Assembly (NCBI RefSeq): GCF_006345805.1 | Contig: NC_042998.1 | Span: 106,578,001 to 106,642,000 of the forward strand | DNA from: Octopus sinensis | Lineage: Eukaryota | Length of the DNA stretch: 64,000 bases | Direction: 5' to 3' | In this document: piece after piece, positions 52,352 to 64,000 of the stretch | How positions within the stretch are numbered: position 1 is the stretch's first letter | How the letters are laid out: every line of letters starts with the position of its first letter | Translations under genes and position numbers: made by a program | The notes under the pieces: generated by a model | The model's input: only the letters and a program-made list of their open reading frames with translations | What the model was told of the DNA's origin: nothing | Databases searched by the model: none

Positions 52352-52523
52352 CATATATACGACAGGCTTCTTTCAGTTTCCGTCAACCAAATCCACTCAC
52401 AAGGCATTGGTTGGCCCGGGGCTATAGCAGAAGACACTTGCCCAAGATGCCACGCAGTGGGACTGAACCCGGAACCATGTGGTTGGTAAGCAAGCTACTT
52501 ACCACACAGCCACTCCTGCGCCT
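51095..52523 (-). mobile_element. Young SINE family A split by a ~1-kb insertion
   Basis: 3' half at about 51095-51330 and head half at about 52340-52523, both abutting (TA)n. Confidence 0.85.
51340..52310 (+). mobile_element. Probable 5'-truncated Penelope-like copy ending in a pseudo-LTR with hammerhead motif
   Basis: CpG-rich body; 52182-52216 gttt CCGACGA a gagc tcc gctc GAAA cg TC atac; terminus ttggattaaaat(TA)n. Confidence 0.6.
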
Positions 52524-53774
52524 CCACACAGCAACTCTTCATCTCTCTTTCTCTAAGATTCTATAATATAGGTACCAGTCAAGAATCAATTCTATTCTTC
52601 ACTCAACATTTCAAAAAGCCTTTTCTGAAATAATTTCTGACACCACTTCCATCAATCCTGGTGACACAGAGAGCAGCTGAGCTTCTCTAAAATAGATTTT
52701 GCATCTCCCAACCACTGCTGCAACTGACATACTTTTTCATCCAAGTATACACGAGCAAGATTGAATTTATGAATATAACAAAGAAACATAAGGCCATCTC
52801 CAAGAGAAAAATAAACTAATTAAGGCTTATTTTTAATTAAGCAGTGATCCCCAACTCATAGTCAAAAACTAATGCTCTGCGATCATGCAGAAGTGCTTTA
52901 AAAAATCAAGGATCATGTAGATTAAGTGGCTTACACAAAGGGCTTGAGAGATACGAATGTAGAATGACACAAATAAGGCATGAAAATTTTTGGAAAGCTT
53001 TCGTGCGATCAATTGCCTAGCTTGCATGAGTGTTTCATCTCTCTTCCTGGCAAATGGAAATACAAAGAAGTAATACACGAAAGTTGGGACATACATTTCA
53101 AAATGCTCTGAGCTTACCAGCCAAGTACAGTGTAGACATATTTCAAGTCAAGTGACAAGACTTAAGAAGCTGCATGAATAGAAAGCGATAATTAAGCAAT
53201 AATGACGTATCTAGAGGTAAAAGAATTAGACGATTAAGAATGTTTAAATATGCTACAATGGCTACATGTATTTATTTACACCAATTGAATAATAGAGGAC
53301 AAAAGAATAATAAACAGATAATTCGTTAATTTTATGACTAGTTATTTTTCATTTCTAATGAGAGTTCCTATTTATTTTAATTTATCAATTAACTTTTTCA
53401 GTCCAGAATCGTTTCTTTATTCGGGAAAATGTTTTCATGATTAAAAATTGATAATAACAGCATATTACATTCGAAGATATACAAGTTACTGTCAAATGTT
53501 TGTAAAATTAGCAAGCATTTCGAGCGTAATTTATATCATTTTTCACATAGAAAATACTTCGACTGAGATTTAATTGTTGAAATGTAATTAAGTCTGTAAA
53601 AGGATGTAAGGTCTGTAACACTGGATGGGTGCAGCTCTCATCCTCATAAATATTTTATTTCTGGATTTGCAATATATACATTCTTCTTCAGGGCGAATCG
53701 GCAGCCTAGGAGCTCGTCGCAGTAGTCAAGTGGAGTGAGCCAAACCCTGTCCGTTCAAGCCTAGTGTAGCAACG

Positions 53775-53936
53775 CCACGAGGTGGCAGTTTGAGAGAGCT
53801 GCTACAACACGACCCGTCAGCGTTCAAGAGACCGATACGCAGGAAATTTTGCTGCTGCTAGTTTTCTGGGCATGCGCATGCGCATGATGGAACTTCCGGC
53901 AGGCCTCCCGGAAGAATCCAACCCTGCGCATGCGTG
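53775..53936. promoter_or_regulatory. CTCF + NRF1 + ETS motif cluster (promoter-like)
   Basis: CCACGAGGTGGCAG 53775-53788; TGCGCATGCGCA 53873-53884; ACTTCCGG 53892-53899; CCGGAAG 53908-53914; TGCGCATGCGTG 53925-53936. Confidence 0.6.
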
Positions 53937-56039
53937 CTGAAGATTTCCAAAATTGCGTCACTACAAGTCAAAAGGATTTATAATAAAGGTTTTAAGTATT
54001 TTACCTGTTTATTATCGAATATGTCAAGCGACATTTTGTGGAAATAAATATCAAAATAAATGAATGTTAAAATAAAAGTCGTGGCTATCCCTGGTTAATT
54101 TTCTTATTTCAAAACTTTACTATGTTTTGATTTAAATATGAGTTTCATACCTGGTATAACTAGGATAAGAACACACTGCTGTCATTATTCCCACCGTGGG
54201 ATAGCACATAAACCCGCAACAATTTGTATCTGTGTACAAAGGTGACTGATTTGCCCTAGCTACGCTGCGGTTTTGTGTGTGTGTGTGCGCGCGCGCGTGT
54301 ACGGGTACGTGCGTGTGCGCGCGCGTGTGTGTATGTGTGTGTATTTAAAAATATTGCAATGAATTAAAGTAATTAGTATAATAAAACTTACTGTGTTGAT
54401 TCAATACGCTTAGATTTAATGAAATATCGCACGCGCGCGAATACATATGTGTGCCTATGTGTTCATATCTATTTGTATACACACCCACATACGCACACAC
54501 ACACAAACACACACACACACATAAGAATTATAGTGTTTTAGATATTAATTTACTTAAGTCCGAAGGGGTTAACATCTTTAATTTGTCAGCTTAATATAAT
54601 TAAAATATCGAATGTCGGCTGGGAAAATATCTTGTTTTGATTCAAATACTGTGTTTAATAAGGATTCCTAAACAGTTTTAGGCTTGTCCAACGATCGCAA
54701 AAAACAAACGATGTTACACATTTTTGAAAATGAGTAATGTCCTATAACGTCTGGCTTTGTTAGGAGGGATTTAGCCAGTGAAGGAGGCCACTAAAAAGAA
54801 CGGTGTACTTTTTGTTTGTTAGGTTGACAAATGCTTGGTCGCCAGTGAAGAATCTTTGGGCTTCATTGCTTACCAGACATAAAATGTTCGACACTATTTT
54901 TATCATAGTTGAACTTACACTGCTTCAACTGCATAAAAGCATCTGTAGAGGCGCATGCTTTGGCGAAGTAATAACATACTTGGGAAAAGCTGGAGCAGCA
55001 AAATGTTTGAAAGCATTTCAACCGAAGTTTTCAGCTAACACTCTGATCAAGCAATACAAGACATATTCAAGGCTAAATACATTGCTCTTAAAAGCCTTAA
55101 CATTGTTGGCTTCTTGTCACAACTGAATCTTACTTGCCTCGGCCGCAGTGATGGTCGGTGTTCAGGCAAGATAACCTTCTTCTGTTTGGGAAGGGGAGCT
55201 ATCGCTCATCAGGTGTGCCACCTGTTGTAACACATAAAGTCAGGAGCTACAGCGCGTGACACAGAGGAATAGATACCAGTAATTAATGAAAATATTCTAA
55301 TTTGCACTGGTCACGTTCACACCTCCGACGTTCTCGGTCTTTGAGCTGTCGATCTTCTTCATCAGAATGGAATGAAGATGTCACGCCTTTGGAAAGTATT
55401 CTTGCTAAAAATATCATTACTTGTCCTTTTTCGTAGCAACACATTTACCATTTTGCCTGCGGAGTGAAGATGGAATAAGTTCAACATAAGGTGTGAAACT
55501 GGTTTTTCTCTCTATGCATGTATTTTTGAGAAATAGAAGTGCTTTCATGTTTAAGGAAAAATATGCCGATGACATTGGCATTAATTCATTGTTAGGGCAA
55601 CGTCCGGTATTTCAGTTTTCCATATGAGAGACATGTTCATTGTTTTGCCGACATTGTAAAATATCGACATGAAGACAAACCAGCTAATGGCATCCAACTA
55701 ACATCAGAGATTTGTGTAAATTTCTACCTTTCCCTGCTAAAATTCTGCAACACTTCCTACGGCTGAACGAATATTTTCTCAAACAAAATTATATAAATTT
55801 TTTTTTCGGGGATGAGACAAAAAATATGAAATTCTCGGCTATTCTTTCGTATCACAAGAAACAGGCAAAATTCGATATTTTTTAATTCATTTATTTAGAC
55901 AAAACTACCACATATTACAGTCTTTACATAAAGTAGTCAATAAAACATTTATAGTAGCGGGTTCCATGAAAGATACCAAAATTGGCATCTAGACATCAAA
56001 GACCCCTTCAAGTTCTTATAACTGAATCAAAAAATAACA

Positions 56040-56725
56040 GCAGCAAAATAATTCTTCCTACGGAGGTGCAAAGCCTGAAATTTTGAGGAGAGAGGCAAGT
56101 CAGTTACATCGACTCCAGTGCTCATCTGATACTTAGTAAATATAATTTTGTACGAGAAAATATTCATTCAGCCGTAGAAAGTGTTGCAGAATTTTAGCAG
56201 TAAAAGTTAGTAAAGTATACAAATCTCTGATATTAGCTGGCTGTCATTATTTTAGGATGAAAGGTAAGGTCGACATCGGTGGAATACGAATTCAAAACTT
56301 AAAACTGGAAGAAATGGCACGAAGCTTTTTGCCCGGCGTGCTAGCGATTCTGCCATCTTGCAGCAAAATAATAATAGCTTCAAATTTTGGCACAAGGCCA
56401 GTAATTTTAAGGGAGGGAGTAAGTCGATTATATCGCACCCCAGTACTTGACTAATACTTGTTTTATCGACTTCGAAAGAATGAAAGGCAAAGTCAATCTC
56501 GGCGGATGAATTCAAATTTTGTCGAGAGGAATAAGTCCGTTACATCGATCCAAACACTTGACTGGTACTTTCTTTCATTGGTCTTGAAAGGATGTCAGAC
56601 AAGATTTGAACACAGAACATAAAGAGTCGGTAGAAATGCCGTTGGACATTTTATCCGACGTGCAAACGATTCTGCCAGTTTGCGAAATAAATTTTTTTCT
56701 AAATAAGGCACAAGACCAGGAATTT
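56040..56725 (-). mobile_element. Cluster of SINE family D fragments
   Basis: Repeated ggatgaaaggtaaggtcgac, gcacaaggccagtaatttt and acgattctgccag blocks. Confidence 0.7.
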
Positions 56726-56727
56726 TG

Positions 56728-56972
56728 GTGGAGGCGCGTGGCTTAGTGGTTAGGGTGTTGGACTCATGATCATAAGATTGTGGTTTCGATTCCTGGACTG
56801 GGCGATGTGTTGTGTTCTTAAGCAAAACATTTCATTTCACGTTGCTCCCGGCAACTCAGCTGGCAAAAATGAGTAATCCTGCGACGGATCGGCATCCCAT
56901 CCAAGTGGGGAATTTATACGCCACTGAAACCGGGAAACCGGCCTTTATGAACCTGGCATGGCTCGAGAAGGA
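56728..56972 (+). mobile_element. tRNA-derived SINE family C with V-domain-like tail
   Basis: gtggaggcgcgtggcttagtggttagggtgttggactc...ggtttcgattcc; cctgcgacggatcggcatcccatcca. Confidence 0.8.
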
Positions 56973-57671
56973 AACATTTCTTATTTCTTCCAGGAATTTT
57001 GAGGCAAAAGTGTAGTTGAAAGCATCGATTTCAGTGCTTTGACTAGTACTTTATGTTAACGAATCTGCAACGATGAACAGTAAAGCTGATATTGGAGGGA
57101 TTTGAGTTCAACTTTGCCTTTCATCTTGCCAATAAATATTTTTTTTAAATTTGATTACTGCGGAATTTGCTTCTGGAAATGAGAACGGGCAAAATAATTT
57201 CTACATATTCTGGTTGTTGGAACAGTAAATTGAGTTGCTTTTTGTTTCTTAGAATAACATCCGGTAAATGATATTTTACGTTACAAATTTGTATCAACGC
57301 CTTCCAAGCCTCCCAGTCATAACTTACCGTGACAGAGAAATCATGTATGTTTTTCGTGTCTACACTTACGGACAATGTCATTTTTTTAGCTAATTTCCGG
57401 TAAAAGAAGCCGCCCTCCGGACGCTCGAAAATCTCAGTCTTGTGTCACTTTAGAAATTATCTACCGATTGAATATGTTCATACATACATACATACATACA
57501 TACATACATACATACATACATACATACATGCATACATACATACATACATACATACATACATACATACATACATACATAATTACATACATACATAATTATA
57601 TACATACATACATACATAATGATATACATACATACATAATTATATACATACATACATACATACATACATAA

Positions 57672-57702
<31 letters not shown>

Positions 57703-57969
57703 CATACATACATACATACATACATACATACATACATACATGCATACATACATACAACAGAGCAGATATGGTTCTATGGTTTAAGTTCGTTTCACAATCA
57801 TGGTGGATTTGATTCAATAAGTCTACGGTGCACTTTCCAAGTTTGGGACAGAAGGACAAAACACTAAAGAATGGAGCTTGTCTTCAAAACCAAAATGGAG
57901 ATATTTCGATATTGTTAAATCTCCTTCACGAGGCATATTCACATCGGTGTGAATGTGTGTGTGTGTGTG

Positions 57970-58002
<33 letters not shown>

Positions 58003-59424
58003 CGTGTGTGCGTGCGTGCGTGTGTGCGTGCGTGCGTGCGTACGTGCTTTCGTGCGTACGTGCTTTCGTGCGTGCGTGCGAGCAAGCGAGTGTGCGTGTA
58101 TGTGTGTATGTGTATAAACATGTATAAACGTGTGTATGTGTATAAACTGGTCTTTTTGCGTATGTGTTTTATGATGACATGGAGTGATAAATGGTACATT
58201 TAAACAGAAGTAGCCTGCGTTGTTCATATCCAACTTAGTTAACCCTTCTAACACCAATGTTTACTCTGTATTTCATATCTTAGAAAAAGGATGAAATAAG
58301 TACCGAGCAAGGGGAGAAAAAAAAGGCAACTCAAGTTTCAGCAACAGCTGCTGCATTTCTTAGAAAATCCTGCGACTGCTCGACAAATCTCGTTTTCCTA
58401 TCGATTTCTAGTTCATACACTTTTATGCAACTGGTCTTCCTAGATAGAGTAAAAAAAAAAGTTGCCATCTTTTCATTAAAAGTAAATGAGTTCACCAACT
58501 CATACGAGAGTATCGTTGTTTACAGTTATCTAAAACGGAATCGTATTTGCATCAACATTCTGTTCTTGTAAGTTATTCCGTCATAACCAGGGGATGTATC
58601 CCCACCCATCACCGTAAAGACGTTATTTCTTGCAGCCTCAAACTTACTCATCAACCTCTTATTGTTTCTTCAACAACAAATATCGAAACTTCTTATGCTT
58701 TCTTTTAATGTCTATTTGTGGTTTATTATCCACACTTTTCTATGTCTAACATCCTATCTTTAACCGTTCATTTTCCATTACGAATAGGTCTTGTTGCAAA
58801 GAAGAGAAAAATGTTGCTGCTGTTATTTTTCTTATTGTCGCAGTTCTCCTTTCGTTGTCGTGAGAAGATTTTGAGAAGTAGTGTCTTGTGCTCCCAGAGA
58901 AGAACTATTGCCTTCTTTAGAATTGGAGTTTTACCATCTTCCTAGATGATTTGAAATAATTGCATTGCTACAATTTCATCCATAGTCTTCTTTTGTTTTT
59001 GGTGTTCGTGCTGTTTTTCCCTGCCTCATCTTTATGTTTGCTTTCAAGCCTAGGAGCTATGTCAGATACCACACGAAAAATATTTTGATTTAATGCATTG
59101 CATCCTCTCATTCAGGCTGTTGCGCTTCATACTCTAGTTGTAATTACTTCGGTGAAAGATATTAAATTTTCCGAGTTTCCTTCGGAATGGATGGATTTCC
59201 GAATCACGACATCTGAGTGAGATTTTTTTTGTTTCGCTTTTTAACCTTTCTCTCTTATCTGGAAAAGAAGGTACACTCCACCAAAGAGATTTTGAATAAC
59301 GCATTTTATTTTCCGTGTTCTTGTTATTTCTTTATTGCTGCTGCTACTACTGCCAATAATGTTATTAATTGTTGCTCTTGTTGTTGTTACATTGTTGATA
59401 AGATTGTTAGTATCACTACTGTAT

Positions 59425-59800
59425 TCTTCTATTCTTTTACTTGTTTCAGTCATTTGACTGTGGTCATGCTAGAGCACCCCCTTAAAGGGTTTTAGTCGAA
59501 GAAATCGACCCCAGGACTTATTCTTTGTACGCCAAATACTTATTCTATTGGTCACTTCCGCCGAACCGCTAAGTTACGGGGGAAGTAAACACACCAACAT
59601 CGGTTGTCAAGCGATAGTGAGGGAGTGGAGGAATACAGACACAAAAACACACACACATATATACATATATACATATACGACAGGCTTCTTTTAGTTTCCA
59701 TCTACCAAATCCACTCAAAAGGCTTTGGACGGCCCCATGCTATAGTAGAAGAAACTTGCCCACGTGTGGTTGGGAAACAAGCTTCTTACCACACAGCCAC
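59425..59800 (-). mobile_element. SINE family A
   Basis: Reverse complement of the family A body with a small deletion in the head. Confidence 0.85.
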
Positions 59801-59823
59801 GTCTTGATATTAGTAACATTAAT

Positions 59824-60025
59824 TTCAAATTTTGGCACAAGACCAGCATTTTCAAGAGTGGGAGTAAGTCGATTACATTGGCCCAAATACTCAACTGGTA
59901 CTTATTTTATCGACCTCGAAGAAATGAAAAGTAAAGTCAACCTTAGCGGAATTTAAACTCAGAACGTAAAGATGGACGAAATGTCGCTAATCATTTCGCC
60001 CGGCGTGATTACGATTCCGTCAGCA
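59824..60025 (-). mobile_element. SINE family D
   Basis: tttcaaattttggcacaagaccagc...actggtacttattttatcgacc...catttcgcccggcgtg. Confidence 0.8.
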
Positions 60026-60911
60026 ATAACTGTTACTTCCTTTCATCGTCACCAGATCAATGATTATTGGTTTTATCAATGTTGATACTGTTTCTCGCAA
60101 AGACACTTAACTCTTTGGCAAAAGAAGCCCGTATAAGATATTGCTGTCCATAAAGTAAATGCTTGTGAGTAGAGCTGGCTTAGAATCATTTCCATGGTCA
60201 CGTATTGCAATAGACTGACATTTTAAACCAGAGAAAGTGTGAAAGCTAGAGAGAGGGGGGAGGGGGAGAGGCAGACAGACAGACAGACAGACAGACAGAT
60301 AGATAGGCACGCACACACGCGCACACACACAAATACAACACTTAGAAATAACCAAAACAACTCATCGTAGAGTGGAGCAGAAAAAAATATAGTATCAATA
60401 CTTACTCCTTATAAACAACAAGGTAGTGAGATGAGAGAAAGTACTCAGAAATGATTTTTTTTTATGGGTTAGTTAAAGGTGGAAGAACAGCACTAGTGAC
60501 ATTGTGTATAGATTCTGAGATATTCGGGATAAACGTAGAGGGCGATATTGATCTCTTCTAAATAGAAACTTGCACCTGAATGTTCAAATCATAGTAGACT
60601 CCACTAAATACGCCTAAGTCTGGCGGTTAAACTAGAGAACAACTGAGGTCTAACACCCCCACTAACTGTAGAAGTATTTGGTATCACTTCATTTGTTTGG
60701 TTATTCTCAATTGATCGAAGTTGATCATTTCACTATATTACATAAATAAGAACCTGCTGGATTTGTATTTACTATACAGAACATTCTCTCAGTCAGCTTT
60801 GGCGTGAGGGAACTGGTGAATAGTTGCTAATATTGATATCACGATAGTAAACGCTAGTTTGAGAAACTATCCGTTGGAATATTTCAAGGTAATGATACAT
60901 CTGGTATTCTT

Positions 60912-61140
60912 AGGCGAGCTGGCAGAAACGTTAGCACGCCGGGCGAAATGCTTAGCGGTATTTCGTCTGCGTTACGTTGTGAGTTCAAAATCCGCCGAGG
61001 TCGACTTTGCCTTTCATCCTTTCGGGGTCGATAAATTAAGTACCAGTTACGTACTGGGTCGATGTAATCGACTTAATACCTATGTCTGTCCTTGTTTGTC
61101 CTCTCTGTGTTTAGCCCCTTGTGGGTAATAAAGAAATAGG
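60912..61140 (+). mobile_element. SINE family D, young copy
   Basis: aggcgagctggcagaaacgttagcacgccgggcg...gcctttcatcctttcggggtcgataaattaagtaccag. Confidence 0.85.
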
Positions 61141-62711
61141 TATTCTTACATTGTACTAGGCTTCTATTTTTAACCCTAAAGTTTCATAGAAAAACGAGTC
61201 AGTATAACAGGATATTATACAGGAAGAGGCAATGCTCACTCACTACTGATGATTATGAACGTCTTTAAATGGTATTCAGCAAATAATCTGCAACTTGAAA
61301 ATCAGGGTTATCGTCAAGCAGTCTACTGAGAAATTAAAATGTCATTTAGTCTAATAAATAAAAATTTACAACTGCAGAGAAGAGAAAGTATACAGCTTGG
61401 TCACTTAACATTTTTCAAAGTACTTAGTTGTGAATTAAATAGTAAGAACATTACTGTTACCATCAAACACGTAAGCATTGCCACTAATAGCTTAACAAAG
61501 GGGAACGAGACTGACTCAGATACAAAAGATCACAATGCTTGAGATCTATTATAGATCTAATCTCCCATCCTAAAGCATCACATACGACGCAACAAAGAAG
61601 ACTTAGCGACTGAACATTTCCAGAAGAGACAAAAGCAGCTGACGAGTGAACATAATAGGACATTTTAAGAAAGTGATTATTAATATTGCATATTATCTTT
61701 CATGTTCGTTTTAAATCTTTTCCACCCTATCATTGCATAATGGCAGAAAATTTCTCCTCAGAAATTTGTTTAGATTTCTAACAGCTAAGCTCCATAATAT
61801 CGAAAAATTATAACAACAACGATGAAAATCTAAATCTCAAAAATGAATATATTCATTTCGCATGAATAATGAAAATTGAAAACAAGACAAATTATCTATC
61901 CTCGGTATAAAAATCTGGTTAAAAGGAACATCACAATTAAAAACATTTTATACACAGTCTTATACAGTCACTACGTCTACACTCCTGGTACATTAGGAGC
62001 ATCTACCGTTCTTATAATATGAATGTTAATACCAATGTGAGAAACTAATTTTATGAAAAGATGCTCATATTCTTTTATCAGAATGTTCTACACCAGTAAA
62101 GTATATTTGAAGGCCTGTGTTGCAAAGCCACTAATTATTTCTTGTTAATTTTTAATGATCCCTGTATTAATAAATGTGGTAACATTAAATGGCGCCTCTG
62201 AAACGGCATTACTAAGTAATTGATTCATTGAACAATTTTATTTTCCCTTGTCAAACAATAGACAATCAACACCAGTTGGTATACGAAGTCGTAATAAAAC
62301 CGTCTTAGCCTTTTAATATTCCTTGCAGTATATCAATATTATATTAACTACTGATATTAGACAAGTATGTATGTATGTATGTATGTATGTATGTATGTAT
62401 GTATGTATGTATGTATGTATGTATGTATGTATGTATGTATCTATGTATTTATGTATGTATTGATGTATATATATGTATTTATGTATGTATTGATGTATAT
62501 ATATGTATGTATGTATATATGTACGTATATAGGTATGTAAGTAAATGTTGCAAAGCCCTCAAATTATATAATTATAAAATCCACGAAGGTGTTCAGTATT
62601 TAATAAGTTCTTAATTTTTTGTTTTAAATTTACACTACCACAGTATCATCAATCCATCGATACATCCACACACACACACACACATATATATATACACGCG
62701 CACATACACAC

Positions 62712-62753
<42 letters not shown>

Positions 62754-62861
62754 TATATATATCAAATGTGAGGATAAAATTATTTTCGAAAAAATAATAT
62801 TTTCTCGAAAAAAATCTTATCAATGGCCAGCATATTAAAAAATACCTTTAACAGTTAAATT

Positions 62862-63136
62862 TATAAACAATTCATAAATGAGGGCAAAGAAAAAAAATTC
62901 TAATGCCAAATATGCCGAAAAATTGGACATATTGTTCATTAACCATATAATTTTTTCACAATACGCACGCTACTCGAAAAAAGGCTGACAGAAATTTAGA
63001 AATTTTAGAAATTTCCTTCAGCCTTTTTTCGAGTAGCGTGCGTATGTGAAAAAATTATATGGTTAATGAACAATATGTCCAATTTTTCGGCATATTGGCA
63101 TTAGAATTTTTTTCCTTTGCCCTCATTTATGAATTG

Positions 63137-63142
<6 letters not shown>
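62862..63142. repeat. Palindromic MITE-like element, ~135-bp arms
   Basis: caattcataaatgagggcaaag...aaggctga versus tcagcctt...ctttgccctcatttatgaattg; TA-rich flanks. Confidence 0.92.
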
Positions 63143-63169
<27 letters not shown>

Positions 63170-63340
63170 CGAGTGAATGAACAAACGAAAGAAGGGCACT
63201 CAACCAATTTATTGGGAGTTACATGTATGGATCAAAACAGATTGATTCAAAATCGTTGGTACTTTGAGTTTCAAGTGCGACGGCTAGCATCGCGCTTGAA
63301 ACTCAAGAGTATCAACGAATTTGAATCAAACTGTTTTGAT

Positions 63341-63407
<67 letters not shown>

Positions 63408-63413
<6 letters not shown>

Positions 63414-63597
63414 ATCCAAACATGAAAACACAAAGAGAAAACACAACAACGCGAGGACGTAGAACAAATATAGTATTATTGGACGCTCAGGGAAGAAGGA
63501 GGATTTAACGTTTCGAGCTGAGCTCTTCGTCGGAAACACAGGAGAAAGAAAGATCCAGAGAAGGGAAGACAGAGGGAAAAAAATCGCCAACGGTACA
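63408..63597 (-). mobile_element. Penelope-like pseudo-LTR with hammerhead motif
   Basis: Minus 63503-63537: gttt CCGACGA a gagc tca gctc GAAA cg TT aaat; homologous to the 27880 and 52.2 kb copies. Confidence 0.7.
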
Positions 63598-64000
63598 CAG
63601 GGTGTGTGAAAAGTAAGTAGGCATTATAAATTGGCAATAAAATCCATAATCCGTTTACAAATTTATTGAAATAAATGATACATGTCCTTTACAACATCGG
63701 AAGATAAAAGTAAATCTTCATATTTTAAAGTGAGCACCAGTGGCGTCAAGCAATTTCCACAAACGGCCAGGGATGGAATGAACAACCTTCTGAAGGTCAC
63801 TGTGTTGGATATCATTGAGACCCTCCTAAATCCGTGTCCCAAGTGTGCGAGATTTTGTCTTGTATACCGTTTCTTTTGTGTAATCCCACAGGTAAAAATC
63901 ACAAGGAGTGAGATCTGGCCTCTCGGAGTTCTGGACTTCTGGACTTCTGCACGTAATGGAGTTTCCACGGACGAAAATTCAATTCTTTATGCAAGACCGT
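63598..64000 (-). mobile_element. Tc1/mariner DDxD (rosa/DD41D-like) 3' end, runs off the window
   Basis: cagggtgt terminus; an alternate minus frame reads PDLTPCDFYLWDYTKETVYKTK. Confidence 0.7.

Noticed and set aside
55195-55215. Minus-strand ctgatga-gcgatagc hammerhead start; also a possible small exon at about 55134-55221
   Set aside because: No GAAA follows, and the putative exon has stops in all three frames.
58330-58900. Possible LINE endonuclease relic (minus-strand DICC..ET)
   Set aside because: Only one short frameshifted motif, not enough to call.

Overview
Eukaryotic, AT-rich, repeat-saturated DNA. The SINE families, (CAT)n-tailed RTE ends and dense (TA)n/(TATG)n/(CA)n tracts look like an octopus genome (inference from recall, no search run). 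No intact protein-coding gene was found; almost all listed ORFs are microsatellite or repeat artefacts. Supported content: decayed Tc1/mariner elements (two Tc1 DD34E copies with TIRs and TA target sites, a DD37D maT element, two mariners, further fragments), a hAT relic, RTE, CR1 and R4/Dong-like LINE relics, non-autonomous Helitrons and several tRNA-derived SINE families. Best leads: (1) minimal type-I hammerhead-ribozyme motifs of the Penelope-like-element kind, including an apparently intact U3-A8 compensatory variant at 32387-32425 beside a long inverted repeat, a two-strand pair in a 446-bp palindrome, and a five-copy family with stem-I covariation; (2) many long inverted repeats; (3) a variable-copy two-hairpin module in the RTE 3' UTR; (4) a CpG-decay boundary near 40 kb; (5) a unique GC-rich island at 53.7-53.9 kb with CTCF/NRF1/ETS motifs and a candidate Pol III RNA. 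All alignments, translations and folds were done by eye; coordinates of decayed elements are approximate.
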